IMG/VR virus record: IMGVR_UViG_3300034117_001582
Coordinates: 227,868 to 291,867 of that record
DNA: 64,000 bases
Strand: one strand, 5' to 3'
Position numbers and translations under genes: made by a program
In this document: one piece after another, positions 45,227 through 54,252 of the stretch
Layout of the letters: each line of letters starts with the position of its first letter
Position numbering within the stretch: the stretch's first letter is position 1
The notes under the pieces: model-generated
What the model was told of the DNA's origin: nothing
The model's input: the letters and a program-made list of their open reading frames with translations, nothing else
Database searches by the model: none

Positions 45227-46471
45227 CTATTTTTTTTTGAATTTAAATTCGGTTTCTATTTTTCTTTTACCGTATTTTTTTTCCATTAGTTTTTGGTGTA
45301 GTTCCCAATTGATAATTGATTCGCTGACAGGTTGATTATCATCTTTTGCCATTGCATATAATTTTGATATTTTCTTTAACATTTTAGTTGATATATAATT
45401 AAATTTTTCACATTCAGCCTCAAAGAATCCCGTTGGGTCATTTTGAAATTTAATAAGGTAATTTAAAAACTTAGTTCTTAAGTTATCCATTTTTTCTTTA
45501 TTGTCATCCTCCATAAAAGATGGGACATTTTTAGACATTAGTTTTAAAAAATTTCTTATCTCATCAGCTTTATCTGAAATCATATCATTAAAAATCCCCA
45601 TTCTAAGATTTACTAAGTTAACATAAACAAGATTTAGAACCTCATCAATTTTTTCATTTTCCGACATATTTTCAGGATCAGTACCAATGTGTTCAAGTAA
45701 AGCGTCCACCCTATTCATTTGTTCTTTCATTCCTTCAATTAAATTATTAAATGTAAAATTTTTAATTTCAATAAATTCTTTATAAACACTGTTATTTTCT
45801 AAAAATTCTTTGAATTGTGATTTGGTAATATTTTTACTTTTAAGTTCTGAAGCGACCTCTGTTGTTCTAACCAAATTTTCAGCAATTGAGGTATAATACA
45901 TATATCTAAAGAATTTATGATCAATTACCGGAATACCAAAAGTAGACATTCTTTGTGTTGCAGTATATTCGGCATCTCTACCAACTAAATCTAATTCTTT
46001 TGCTTGTTTATCATATTTGTGTTTTAATTCGTGAGCAATAGCCGATAAATGTTTTACCCTTTCTTTCATTATCGTATCATATAACTCATGTGGTTCCCAA
46101 TTTTCTGAAACACCAAATGTTATTTCAATCTCAGCGGTTGTGGATGGTTCAATTCTTTTCATCATCACTTCTCTATCAAAGTTAAATGATTGACCCATAC
46201 CCATTGACATAATCAAAACATTACCATCATAACCATCAAGTTCTTCCACATTAACCGTTAACTCATAACCATCAATTACGATTTTTTTCTTATCTCCCAA
46301 TTCAAAATCTAAATCACCACTAAACGCATATGTGTTTTCTTTTTCATCTATTGATTTAACATCATTTACAACAATATCAAAAACTTCTTCAGCAGCAGCT
46401 AAAATAGAATCAGGAACCCCTAACGCTTCGTTAATAAATTTAAGTTGTGATTCTGTTATAATAATTTTCAT
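45227..46471 (-). CDS. Leader-D protein with HExxH (AHELKH) putative metalloprotease
   Basis: MKIIITESQLKFINE; HELKH then AENL; C-terminal VSE|SIINWELHQ module; TATTTAT 46476-82. Confidence 0.8.
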   Translation of the reverse strand: MKIIITESQLKFINEALGVPDSILAAAEEVFDIVVNDVKSIDEKENTYAFSGDLDFELGDKKKIVIDGYELTVNVEELDGYDGNVLIMSMGMGQSFNFDREVMMKRIEPSTTAEIEITFGVSENWEPHELYDTIMKERVKHLSAIAHELKHKYDKQAKELDLVGRDAEYTATQRMSTFGIPVIDHKFFRYMYYTSIAENLVRTTEVASELKSKNITKSQFKEFLENNSVYKEFIEIKNFTFNNLIEGMKEQMNRVDALLEHIGTDPENMSENEKIDEVLNLVYVNLVNLRMGIFNDMISDKADEIRNFLKLMSKNVPSFMEDDNKEKMDNLRTKFLNYLIKFQNDPTGFFEAECEKFNYISTKMLKKISKLYAMAKDDNQPVSESIINWELHQKLMEKKYGKRKIETEFKFKKK

Positions 46472-46497
46472 ATTTATAAATATATTGAAGTTATGGT

Positions 46498-47151
46498 TTA
46501 ACCCACAACTCCATCTATATCATCTAAGTGGTGGTCATTCACTATTTCTGAACGAACTTCACGGCGGTCCATCATATGAACAATCTCAGTTAATTTATAA
46601 GGTTGGTAGTTATTACCATCAACACCAACATCCAATCGTTTCCCATTACCCCATTTTTTATTTGTAGGTAAGTGAACGTGTCCGTGAAGTTGGATTGCCC
46701 CTTTTGATAGTTGATTCCAACTACATAATGGATAGTGAGACAATACAAAGTCAGCACCACCAATATTTACTTCCAAATAATTTTGAATAGATAAAAACCT
46801 ATCATGGATATTTTCTCGATTATTTTTAATGTGGTGGTCGTGGTTTCCTAATACAAGGTGAATGTTTTTACAAACCAAACGATCCAAGAATTGCCCTATT
46901 TTATCAAACCCACCAAAAGAGAAATCACCCAAGTGAATCAACGTATCGTCAGGTCCAATTTTTGAATTGATGTTATCAACAATAACACTATTCATATCCT
47001 CAATACTATTAAAGTCTCTTGTCGATTCTATAGGGGTTTTACCGTCTTTGGTTCTCCAATTGGTAACTCCGCGACAAATGTTTTTGTGCGAATAGTGAGT
47101 GTCTGAAGTAATCCAAACAACCCCACTAGTTAATATTTTATCAAATTTCAT
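46498..47151 (-). CDS. Calcineurin-like metallophosphoesterase
   Basis: SDTHY.H, HLGDF, GNHD, SHYP, HGHVH. Confidence 0.9.
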   Translation of the reverse strand: MKFDKILTSGVVWITSDTHYSHKNICRGVTNWRTKDGKTPIESTRDFNSIEDMNSVIVDNINSKIGPDDTLIHLGDFSFGGFDKIGQFLDRLVCKNIHLVLGNHDHHIKNNRENIHDRFLSIQNYLEVNIGGADFVLSHYPLCSWNQLSKGAIQLHGHVHLPTNKKWGNGKRLDVGVDGNNYQPYKLTEIVHMMDRREVRSEIVNDHHLDDIDGVVG

Positions 47152-47154
47152 TTC

Positions 47155-47547
47155 TTATATTTTTATCTCAAAACGGTTTTTCATTTGTTCTAATTTATCG
47201 TCAGGAACTCCATGTTTGTTTGTTCCTCCGTGTCTATTTTCCACAATAATAGAGGTCACATAATAACCATACTTAATTGCCAATTCATAATATGGTTGAA
47301 GTTCCCATTCTTGTGTGAATGTGTTTGACACTGCAATTTTTGGTGTGTTTGACTCCATTGCATATCCAACATATTGTTGACACTCTTTATGAGCATCTTT
47401 TATTTCAGATGCAATAAAATTGTAGTTACCATCATTATCATAAAAATAATGGTCTGCCTCAAAAACCCAATTTGGGGCTAATTGTTTTGCTAAAGTTGTC
47501 TTACCACTTCCTGGTATTCCTCTAACTAAATATATCATTTTTTCCAT
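47155..47547 (-). CDS. P-loop polynucleotide-kinase-like protein (AAA_33)
   Basis: RGIPGSGKTT, EAD.YF, VSNTFTQ.WE, HGVP...M..RF; TATATTTG 47552-59. Confidence 0.85.
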   Translation of the reverse strand: MEKMIYLVRGIPGSGKTTLAKQLAPNWVFEADHYFYDNDGNYNFIASEIKDAHKECQQYVGYAMESNTPKIAVSNTFTQEWELQPYYELAIKYGYYVTSIIVENRHGGTNKHGVPDDKLEQMKNRFEIKI

Positions 47548-47588
47548 AGTACAAATATAATAAACAATTTGATAATATTTATCAATAT

Positions 47589-48152
47589 ATGAAAATAATA
47601 ATTACAGAAGAACAATACAAAACAATTTTAACCGAAAACATATTAAAGGATATTTTAAAAGACTTTAATATTACTTCCGGAATATTATTTACGTTTGGTT
47701 CCGGAATGGCCGCACTTATGGGACCAGTGGATAGGTTATTAAACAACTCAGGATTTTCATTAAGTGAAAAAGAAATATTACTATTATTAATCACATCAAT
47801 TGCAATTATCATTAAGGACTCCGAATCTAATATATTATTAGATGAGGTTAAAGAAAAAGGATTGACTGAGGCCCTTAATGGTGTTGGTGAATTTTTAATT
47901 AACACTAAAAAACTAATTAATAATATATCAAGTAAAGTGATTGGTGTTACTTATTCTCTATTAGATATTTTAGGTTTTGCATTATTATTAAACCCAACGA
48001 TGAATATCGTAAACGACATAATATCTGATGAAAATATAACCTCATCAGACACAAATAGATTATTATCAGGTGCCGCATTTGCAACGGTAGTTTACGGATT
48101 AAAAAGCGTAATGTCTAAAATTAAAAATAAAATAACCCCAATCGAAGATTAA
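47589..48152 (+). CDS. Leader-D protein with several hydrophobic helices
   Basis: MKIIITEEQYKTILTEN; plus-strand TATTTAT at 47576-47582. Confidence 0.85.
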   Translation: MKIIITEEQYKTILTENILKDILKDFNITSGILFTFGSGMAALMGPVDRLLNNSGFSLSEKEILLLLITSIAIIIKDSESNILLDEVKEKGLTEALNGVGEFLINTKKLINNISSKVIGVTYSLLDILGFALLLNPTMNIVNDIISDENITSSDTNRLLSGAAFATVVYGLKSVMSKIKNKITPIED

Positions 48153-48168
48153 AATAATCATTCATATT

Positions 48169-50037
48169 TTATCTTATCACTCGTCTAATGGTTCCATCCG
48201 TATAAATTTCAATAACAATTCCTGTAGCATTTGGGCCAACTTCTTGTCCTGCAGCATTAATAGTTTTGGCAATTATTTTAATGGCATCTCTATTGTTAAT
48301 AGCTATTGGTCCAAATACCTCATTAACACCATCAATATCATATTGATGTAATCTATAGTAGTTAATTACTTGGGACACATCTTTATCCTCTAAACTATAG
48401 TCTATTTTTTGAGTTGAGTTACCAACAGATTGTACTTGTCCGATACCACCCCATTTAAAACCATCTTCACTTTTTTCAATAATAAAGTGACTAGTATTGT
48501 GTTCAGACGCGGTTGACCAATATAATAGATTTGAGTTAGTTTGTTTCTTACCTTCAAACGATAACAACTCAATAGGTAACGCAGACATTCTAGTCACAGA
48601 AACATCCCTACATACATTTACTGTTCCACATAATGAGTTTGTATTAACATGTATGTATAAGGTATTATTGTTTGTAGGTGTGAAAGATAATGGCGATAAC
48701 CCTACGGCAATAACAGACCCATTAGATGTCCCACTTCTCACTGTTATCCAGTCAGTTGCGACCGTAGTCATTGCAATATATGGTGTTCCTACCACAGCAC
48801 CACTCCAAACTGAATATTCACCGGCAAATTGACACGGCACCGTAGTATATGATATTCCACCAAATACCGGTAAACTTTGTGTTCCATATGCAATGGTATT
48901 GATACAAGGTCCTGGTGTAGGAGGTGAAACGCAAGTTAAGTTTATAGAAAAACCACTATTCGTACTATACCCATGAACTAGTATATAATAATTTGTTCCT
49001 ACCACAGAAGACCATGAAAATGAAGCGGATGAACTACCACAAGCAGGACCATAATCATCATTACCCCCCACACAAGTTAGACTTCCGCACCCTACCCCTG
49101 AAAATACAGACATTTTACTATCCCATGCCGTTGCACAAAGATTTGCAGTCATGATTTGTCCATTTCCTGGAATAACATACCAAACACCAGGTTGCGTTTG
49201 ACTAACAGAACAAAATCCACCTTCACCCGTTCCAGAGTTAGTGGCATTTACTGTTGTTCCTGCTATGGTTTGGCCACAAGTAATAGGTGTTGAATTACAC
49301 ACTAAATCATTTGATGGGGCTGCAGGTGCTGAGCAAGTTAAACAAGAAATAGATGATGTTCCGCAGTTCATAGCGGTACCACAAGTATTATTTGTGTTGT
49401 AATGAACGAAATACGTTCCTGAGGATGGACATGTCCAATTTAGTGGAGCATTTCCACTAGCAATTACCGTACCATTATATGTTCCTGATCTAACCGTTAT
49501 GAATCCACCTAAATTGTAAGCTGATTGATATGTACGACCTACAATACAAGAATATATCGTACTGTATTCTGCTTGAAATTGACAAGTACTAATAATTACT
49601 GTTGTTGGTGTTGATGGTGCCGTTGCCGATCCGTATGATGTGGTATTAATACATGGACCTACAGCGGCACCTGCACAACTTGCTAATACGGTTTGCCCTC
49701 CAGCGGTTGCAGATCCAGCAACCGGTTGGATAGTATTGATTATGGTGGTTCCTGCTCCATTGATAACTCGTATACGCATTTCGGAAGGATAAAGTCCTGC
49801 AGTGGTTCGGAATACTCTAATTGTTGCCCCTACAGCAGCACTAAAGGAAGAAGAAGTAGGTCCGGCTCCAACACAACTTAAATTAGATAAAACAGTTACA
49901 CCGTTAACGGAAACAGATACCAAACCTCCATTCCAACCATCACCCCAAGTGTCGGTTCTTTGTATGGTATGTAAGCATGATTGTGAAAATAAGAGAGATG
50001 AAAATAGGACAAAAAATCCAAGTAGTATATTCTTCAT
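48169..50037 (-). CDS. Secreted Cys-rich multidomain protein with Flavobacteria-type T9SS C-terminal signal
   Basis: Signal peptide; duplicated GPCINT...CQF..EYS domain; LPIELLSF domain; INAAGQEV...IEIYTDGTIRRV end. Confidence 0.8.
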   Translation of the reverse strand: MKNILLGFFVLFSSLLFSQSCLHTIQRTDTWGDGWNGGLVSVSVNGVTVLSNLSCVGAGPTSSSFSAAVGATIRVFRTTAGLYPSEMRIRVINGAGTTIINTIQPVAGSATAGGQTVLASCAGAAVGPCINTTSYGSATAPSTPTTVIISTCQFQAEYSTIYSCIVGRTYQSAYNLGGFITVRSGTYNGTVIASGNAPLNWTCPSSGTYFVHYNTNNTCGTAMNCGTSSISCLTCSAPAAPSNDLVCNSTPITCGQTIAGTTVNATNSGTGEGGFCSVSQTQPGVWYVIPGNGQIMTANLCATAWDSKMSVFSGVGCGSLTCVGGNDDYGPACGSSSASFSWSSVVGTNYYILVHGYSTNSGFSINLTCVSPPTPGPCINTIAYGTQSLPVFGGISYTTVPCQFAGEYSVWSGAVVGTPYIAMTTVATDWITVRSGTSNGSVIAVGLSPLSFTPTNNNTLYIHVNTNSLCGTVNVCRDVSVTRMSALPIELLSFEGKKQTNSNLLYWSTASEHNTSHFIIEKSEDGFKWGGIGQVQSVGNSTQKIDYSLEDKDVSQVINYYRLHQYDIDGVNEVFGPIAINNRDAIKIIAKTINAAGQEVGPNATGIVIEIYTDGTIRRVIR

Positions 50038-50270
50038 ATTAAAAATAAATAAATAAAGTTATTTACTCACTTGAAGAATCTTTTAAGAAACCCCCATATT
50101 CCATGGGCCGGTCGAGACGTACATAAATATAGAAGTACCACAAAACAATTAAAGGTAATTGCGTTATAGATGAATATTTATGGTGTTTTAATTATTATTT
50201 AGAATATATCTTTATCGAATACTATTTAAACCCAAAAACAATAACCCCAATCGAAGGTCAATTGGGATTA

Positions 50271-50963
50271 TTATAAAAAGTCAATTTCATTGGTTACTGG
50301 ATTCCAATCAATAATCCAAGGCTTGTGAGAATAAAGGTATTGTTCATTCAACACAGACGCATTGAAGTAGTGTGTGTATCCATCAAAGTAATGTCCGTGT
50401 CCACTATGGATGTGACCACAGATGTGAATCTTAGGTTTGATTTGTTTGATTTTCTCAGCAAGTAATTCACAACCCAAGTGAACATTGCGGTTACCTTCAA
50501 CATCATCCAATATTCCCCAAGCCGGTCCGTGAGTAATTAAGATATCAATTCCTTCAGGAATCATATCCCATACCGCTTTTAACTCCTCACCATTTTTTGG
50601 TAAGTTAAACGCCCAATTGTAGAACTCAGGTTGCCAAGGAGATCCCCAAATTTTAATCTCAGGTCCATCACCATCTTGAATGGTCATTAACTCATCTTGA
50701 ATATATTCAATAGTTTTGTAACCTGTCAAGATACCTTTTACTTTCTCAACATTGTTTTGGAATCCCCAATCGTGATTACCCGCAATAAATACTTTGTGAT
50801 CGTAGGTTACGATTTTGTCATACCAACCCGCAAACTGAGTGATCTCGTGTTCGTAACCCATAGAACTGATGTCACCTGCGTGTAACAACAAATCGCCACC
50901 AGGTAAATCGTGGTGTACGTGTTTGTGTTTTCCGTGAGTGTCTGATATGATAGTTAATTTCAT
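50271..50963 (-). CDS. Metallophosphoesterase (MPPED2/239FB-like)
   Basis: ISDTHG.H, LHAGD, IAGNHD, IWGSPWQP, THGP, CGHIH; TATATTTG 50968-75. Confidence 0.9.
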   Translation of the reverse strand: MKLTIISDTHGKHKHVHHDLPGGDLLLHAGDISSMGYEHEITQFAGWYDKIVTYDHKVFIAGNHDWGFQNNVEKVKGILTGYKTIEYIQDELMTIQDGDGPEIKIWGSPWQPEFYNWAFNLPKNGEELKAVWDMIPEGIDILITHGPAWGILDDVEGNRNVHLGCELLAEKIKQIKPKIHICGHIHSGHGHYFDGYTHYFNASVLNEQYLYSHKPWIIDWNPVTNEIDFL

Positions 50964-51037
50964 AATACAAATATAATCATTTTTTTAATTTTAATAAAAT
51001 ATATTTTAATAATTTGTATTTTAATTTGTAAAACATC

Positions 51038-51433
51038 TTAATTTATTTTAATCCATTTATTGTCGTGATTATATTTAAAAGACCCAATGTGTTCACGATT
51101 CCATTCTTTTGGGTCTATTAATGATAAGAAAACATTTCCTTTTTTACCATAATAAAGATGATATATTTTTCCAATCACAGGTTCAAAACTAAACTTTGCA
51201 TTATAAACCAAGTCATTCCACTTGTATTCGTCAATTAGTTTTTGATATTCATTCTTTAATTCCTCAACCTTATCTTGGAATTGTTGGTTAACGTGAATTA
51301 CTCTTGGTTGTTTCCAACTTTCTATATTAGGAACATGTATAGCAGGTGCCCCAATATTACTACCATAAGGTAATAATCCTGCGTTTTCCACATAATTATC
51401 AGGTTTTTTTGAATTAATAGTTTCCTCTTCCAC
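51038..51433 (-). CDS. DUF2452-family protein
   Basis: LPYG.N.GAP, FSFEPVIGKIYHLY, FLSLI.P.EW. Confidence 0.8.
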   Translation of the reverse strand: MEEETINSKKPDNYVENAGLLPYGSNIGAPAIHVPNIESWKQPRVIHVNQQFQDKVEELKNEYQKLIDEYKWNDLVYNAKFSFEPVIGKIYHLYYGKKGNVFLSLIDPKEWNREHIGSFKYNHDNKWIKIN

Positions 51434-51500
51434 AGTGAACCATAGCTTTTATTCTTTCTTGTTCTAACCAAGAAAGGTATTTAAATAATCTTTTCATGTC

Positions 51501-51734
51501 TTAACTTATTATTTTAATTTCACTTTCAGTTTCTATTACTACTCTTGCCCCACAACTTAATAACGGTTTCTCATCCCCACTACCACAATATATAATTCTA
51601 CTTGGTCCAAGTATTTCGACCTCATTACAATACGTGTTCTTTCTACCTTGTTTAATTGTTATTACCGGTAAGTCCGTATTCTTTGTTTTGTTTGACCTAA
51701 TATGGTGTTGGTTAACGTGGATTTTTGTTTTCAA
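51501..51734 (-). CDS. Conserved phage protein (IHVNQH.I..N...CGARV.IET)
   Basis: Probable TTG start at 51734. Confidence 0.75.
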   Translation of the reverse strand: MKTKIHVNQHHIRSNKTKNTDLPVITIKQGRKNTYCNEVEILGPSRIIYCGSGDEKPLLSCGARVVIETESEIKIIS

Positions 51735-52002
51735 AATGAATTGGGTTTTCACAATTTCCTTTATGTGAACCCCAAGTATTTTCTCCAAAACCAACTTTAA
51801 TGTATTCACAACCTCCATATGTAAATTCTGTTACATTTTTGAAACGGTCATTAGATTTCTGTCTTAACTCTATAGGTTTTTCTATTTGTTCAGATATTGT
51901 TTTATCACACGATGTTAACGATATAAGAACCATACCAAGTAGGAATCCAATTATCATCACAAATAATGGTCCAATATCTATTTCTTTTTTTTTCATATAC
52001 AA
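51712..52002 (-). CDS. Lipoprotein-like membrane protein
   Basis: Hydrophobic helix ending LTS-C. Confidence 0.7.
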   Translation of the reverse strand: MYMKKKEIDIGPLFVMIIGFLLGMVLISLTSCDKTISEQIEKPIELRQKSNDRFKNVTEFTYGGCEYIKVGFGENTWGSHKGNCENPIHFENKNPR

Positions 52003-52031
52003 AAATTAAATGATTTGTGTTCTAAAATCAA

Positions 52032-52484
52032 CTATGGTTTTGAATAAAATTTGATTTTGTTTTTGGCGTTTTCTATTAACCATTCATCAACATATGGAAT
52101 CTTTTTTAAGAAATCCAACTCATGTTGATAAGTTATTACTTCTTCAACGTTTGGTGCCAAGTTAAAGTTAGTTGTTAAAAAATATAAATGTAATGACTCG
52201 TGAACAAGGATTGCGGCTATATTGTATATATTACCGTTGTTCATCTCTTTTGTTGGAATTGTAATTATACTATCCGATTCTGTTGTTGAAAACCCTCCAT
52301 TCCAAAAAGCAACTACCTTACATGTTTCCATAATAAGGTAGTATTTTTCTATATCATATTTTTGTACAGTATCTAAAGCCTGTTCTACTTTACCTTTCCA
52401 CCCATCCCCAACATCAGTAATTCTGATTTGAGAGAAAGAGTATGAGGACAAAATTAACAATATCAAAAGTGTCCATATCTTCAC
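52032..52484 (-). CDS. Secreted HExxH metalloprotease-like protein
   Basis: Signal peptide; AAILVHESLH...EE. Confidence 0.7.
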   Translation of the reverse strand: MKIWTLLILLILSSYSFSQIRITDVGDGWKGKVEQALDTVQKYDIEKYYLIMETCKVVAFWNGGFSTTESDSIITIPTKEMNNGNIYNIAAILVHESLHLYFLTTNFNLAPNVEEVITYQHELDFLKKIPYVDEWLIENAKNKIKFYSKP

Positions 52485-52936
52485 GGCAATTTAGTTGCAG
52501 CCTCGTGTATTGCTTTTTTTAACGCTGACGATACCGTCATCTTTTCAAATGGAATTGACCCTTCTTGAACCTCAATCATTATCGCTCTAATCTCAGTGTC
52601 TGATTCACCAATACCTTGGTAACAATTACCTTTATAGTGAAGTTTAACTCCGACCTGAGTTATTGTGTTTGTTTTTTCTACACCAACAACTCTTATGGTT
52701 GTTTTAGGTAATCCAAAATAATACACCTCAACATCAATATCATCACCATTGTCAGATAAACAATACTTTTCAGATAACTCTTCTTCAACAATTTGTTTAA
52801 TACCAAAACGAATATCTCTATTACCCAGTTCTCTTAATTTTGCCGTATTATATATTGAATCAACATGAACACATTGTTGAGCCGTTGCGAGGTTACCAAG
52901 TAGTAACATACCAAAGAGTAAGATTAAATTCTTCAT
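52481..52936 (-). CDS. Secreted CsgG/TolB-N-like small protein
   Basis: Signal peptide; G.G.SDT; F...TV..ALKKA, similar to C-terminus of 58314..59054; start reassigned to 52936. Confidence 0.6.
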   Translation of the reverse strand: MKNLILLFGMLLLGNLATAQQCVHVDSIYNTAKLRELGNRDIRFGIKQIVEEELSEKYCLSDNGDDIDVEVYYFGLPKTTIRVVGVEKTNTITQVGVKLHYKGNCYQGIGESDTEIRAIMIEVQEGSIPFEKMTVSSALKKAIHEAATKLP

Positions 52937-52938
52937 AT

Positions 52939-53949
52939 TTAAAACCAATTTTTTGGATTCCATTTTGATTTTTCAGCATCTCTAGCAGCTCTATCTAACG
53001 CGTCTTGAGCCTCTCTTGCCTGTCTATTAATTTCATCTTGTGCCGCTCTTGCTTGTCTATCAAGTTCATCTTGTGCTGCTCTCGCTTGTCTATCAAGTTC
53101 TTGTTGTGCCTCTCTCGCCTTTCTATCTAATTCTTCCTGAGCAATTCTTGCCAATCTATCAGTTTCCTCTTTAGCAGCTTTCGCTTGTCTATCAAATTCT
53201 TCTTGAGCTTCTCTCGCCTTTCTTTCAGTTTCTTCTTGGGCTATTTTTGCAAGTCGTTCAGTTTCTCTTTGTGTTGCTTCAGATAATGCTTGTGCTTCTG
53301 CCGCCACACGTTCTGATTCTTCAGCCGCCAATCTAGCGTCTTCAGCAATTTGGTTTGTATCAACACTAACACTTAAATCAACATCAACACCAAGTAAAAC
53401 CGCCACTTCACCACTAACTCCAACAGTTGCAACTCCATCCACAAAGGTAGCTTCACCACCACCACCAATTCCAACTTGTTCTCCAACCGATACTCCTGCT
53501 CCAGCAGTTACTGAACCTTCTCTAAAATCGGCAGTTCCTTCACCATCAACACCTACTGATGTACCTGCAGATACACTTCCGTTTGCAACTACACCTTCAT
53601 CTCCCGCTCTTACTTCTAAACTTGCCTCATTTCCTGTTTTAGCATAAGCGTCTACAGAACCACCAACTCCAAATCCTTCAGCATTTGCTTGACCTTCTAC
53701 CGTCACATGAACTTCAGTTGTATCTGAGTAGTTTGCTTCTACATATACGTTATTACCGTCTAATCCACCTTCCACAGATGCCTCTGTTCCGGTTTTAGCA
53801 GACGCTTCAATACCAATTGAGGCATTTTCATCTCCGACTTCCACACCCGCAGATGCAGTGGTTGTATTGTCAATTGATGCTCCACCTGAGGTTTCATTTG
53901 AATGTGTTTCGGCGGTTTCGTTGTGTTTGATGTGTGCGTGTTTTTTCAT
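52939..53949 (-). CDS. G/A/V-rich beta-strand domain + 11-residue-repeat coiled coil
   Basis: Alternating xAxAxGxV strands; (RQAREAQEELD)n; 33-bp DNA repeats. Confidence 0.85.
   Translation of the reverse strand: MKKHAHIKHNETAETHSNETSGGASIDNTTTASAGVEVGDENASIGIEASAKTGTEASVEGGLDGNNVYVEANYSDTTEVHVTVEGQANAEGFGVGGSVDAYAKTGNEASLEVRAGDEGVVANGSVSAGTSVGVDGEGTADFREGSVTAGAGVSVGEQVGIGGGGEATFVDGVATVGVSGEVAVLLGVDVDLSVSVDTNQIAEDARLAAEESERVAAEAQALSEATQRETERLAKIAQEETERKAREAQEEFDRQAKAAKEETDRLARIAQEELDRKAREAQQELDRQARAAQDELDRQARAAQDEINRQAREAQDALDRAARDAEKSKWNPKNWF
52990..53240. repeat. Imperfect 33-bp tandem repeats in coding sequence
   Basis: ctctcgcttgtctatcaagttc variants repeated. Confidence 0.8.
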
Positions 53950-53967
53950 TTTTACTTAGTTTTTAAT

Positions 53968-54252
53968 TTATTTATCTTTTAATTCATTTATTGCATCCTC
54001 AACATACTTATCTCTTTGGTCTTGGAGATACGTAATTCTTTGTAAGAGTATTTCTTTATCTTCTTTGGCCGTTTTATCTATAAGTTGGTCCTTTTCTTCG
54101 TATTGTACTTGCCAAAATGAAACTCTTTCTTCCATCATACGATGTTGATAATAAATTACACCTAACATAAGTATAATAATAAAAGATTGTTCTTTAAGTT
54201 TAGATAAGAACGTATCTGCGAATCCTGAAATTGGGTTTGTGTTTCCTGACAT
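53968..54252 (-). CDS. Single-TM + coiled-coil protein
   Basis: FIIILMLGVIYY then heptads. Confidence 0.75.
   Translation of the reverse strand: MSGNTNPISGFADTFLSKLKEQSFIIILMLGVIYYQHRMMEERVSFWQVQYEEKDQLIDKTAKEDKEILLQRITYLQDQRDKYVEDAINELKDK

Noticed and set aside
85-47640. Leaders as Sec/Tat signal peptides
   Set aside because: No hydrophobic core or AxA site; true signal peptides in this window (48169, 52032-61683) look entirely different.
50085-50125. Purine riboswitch (AATATGG ... GTTTCT)
   Set aside because: No P2 3' strand, P3 or CCGUAAA loop.
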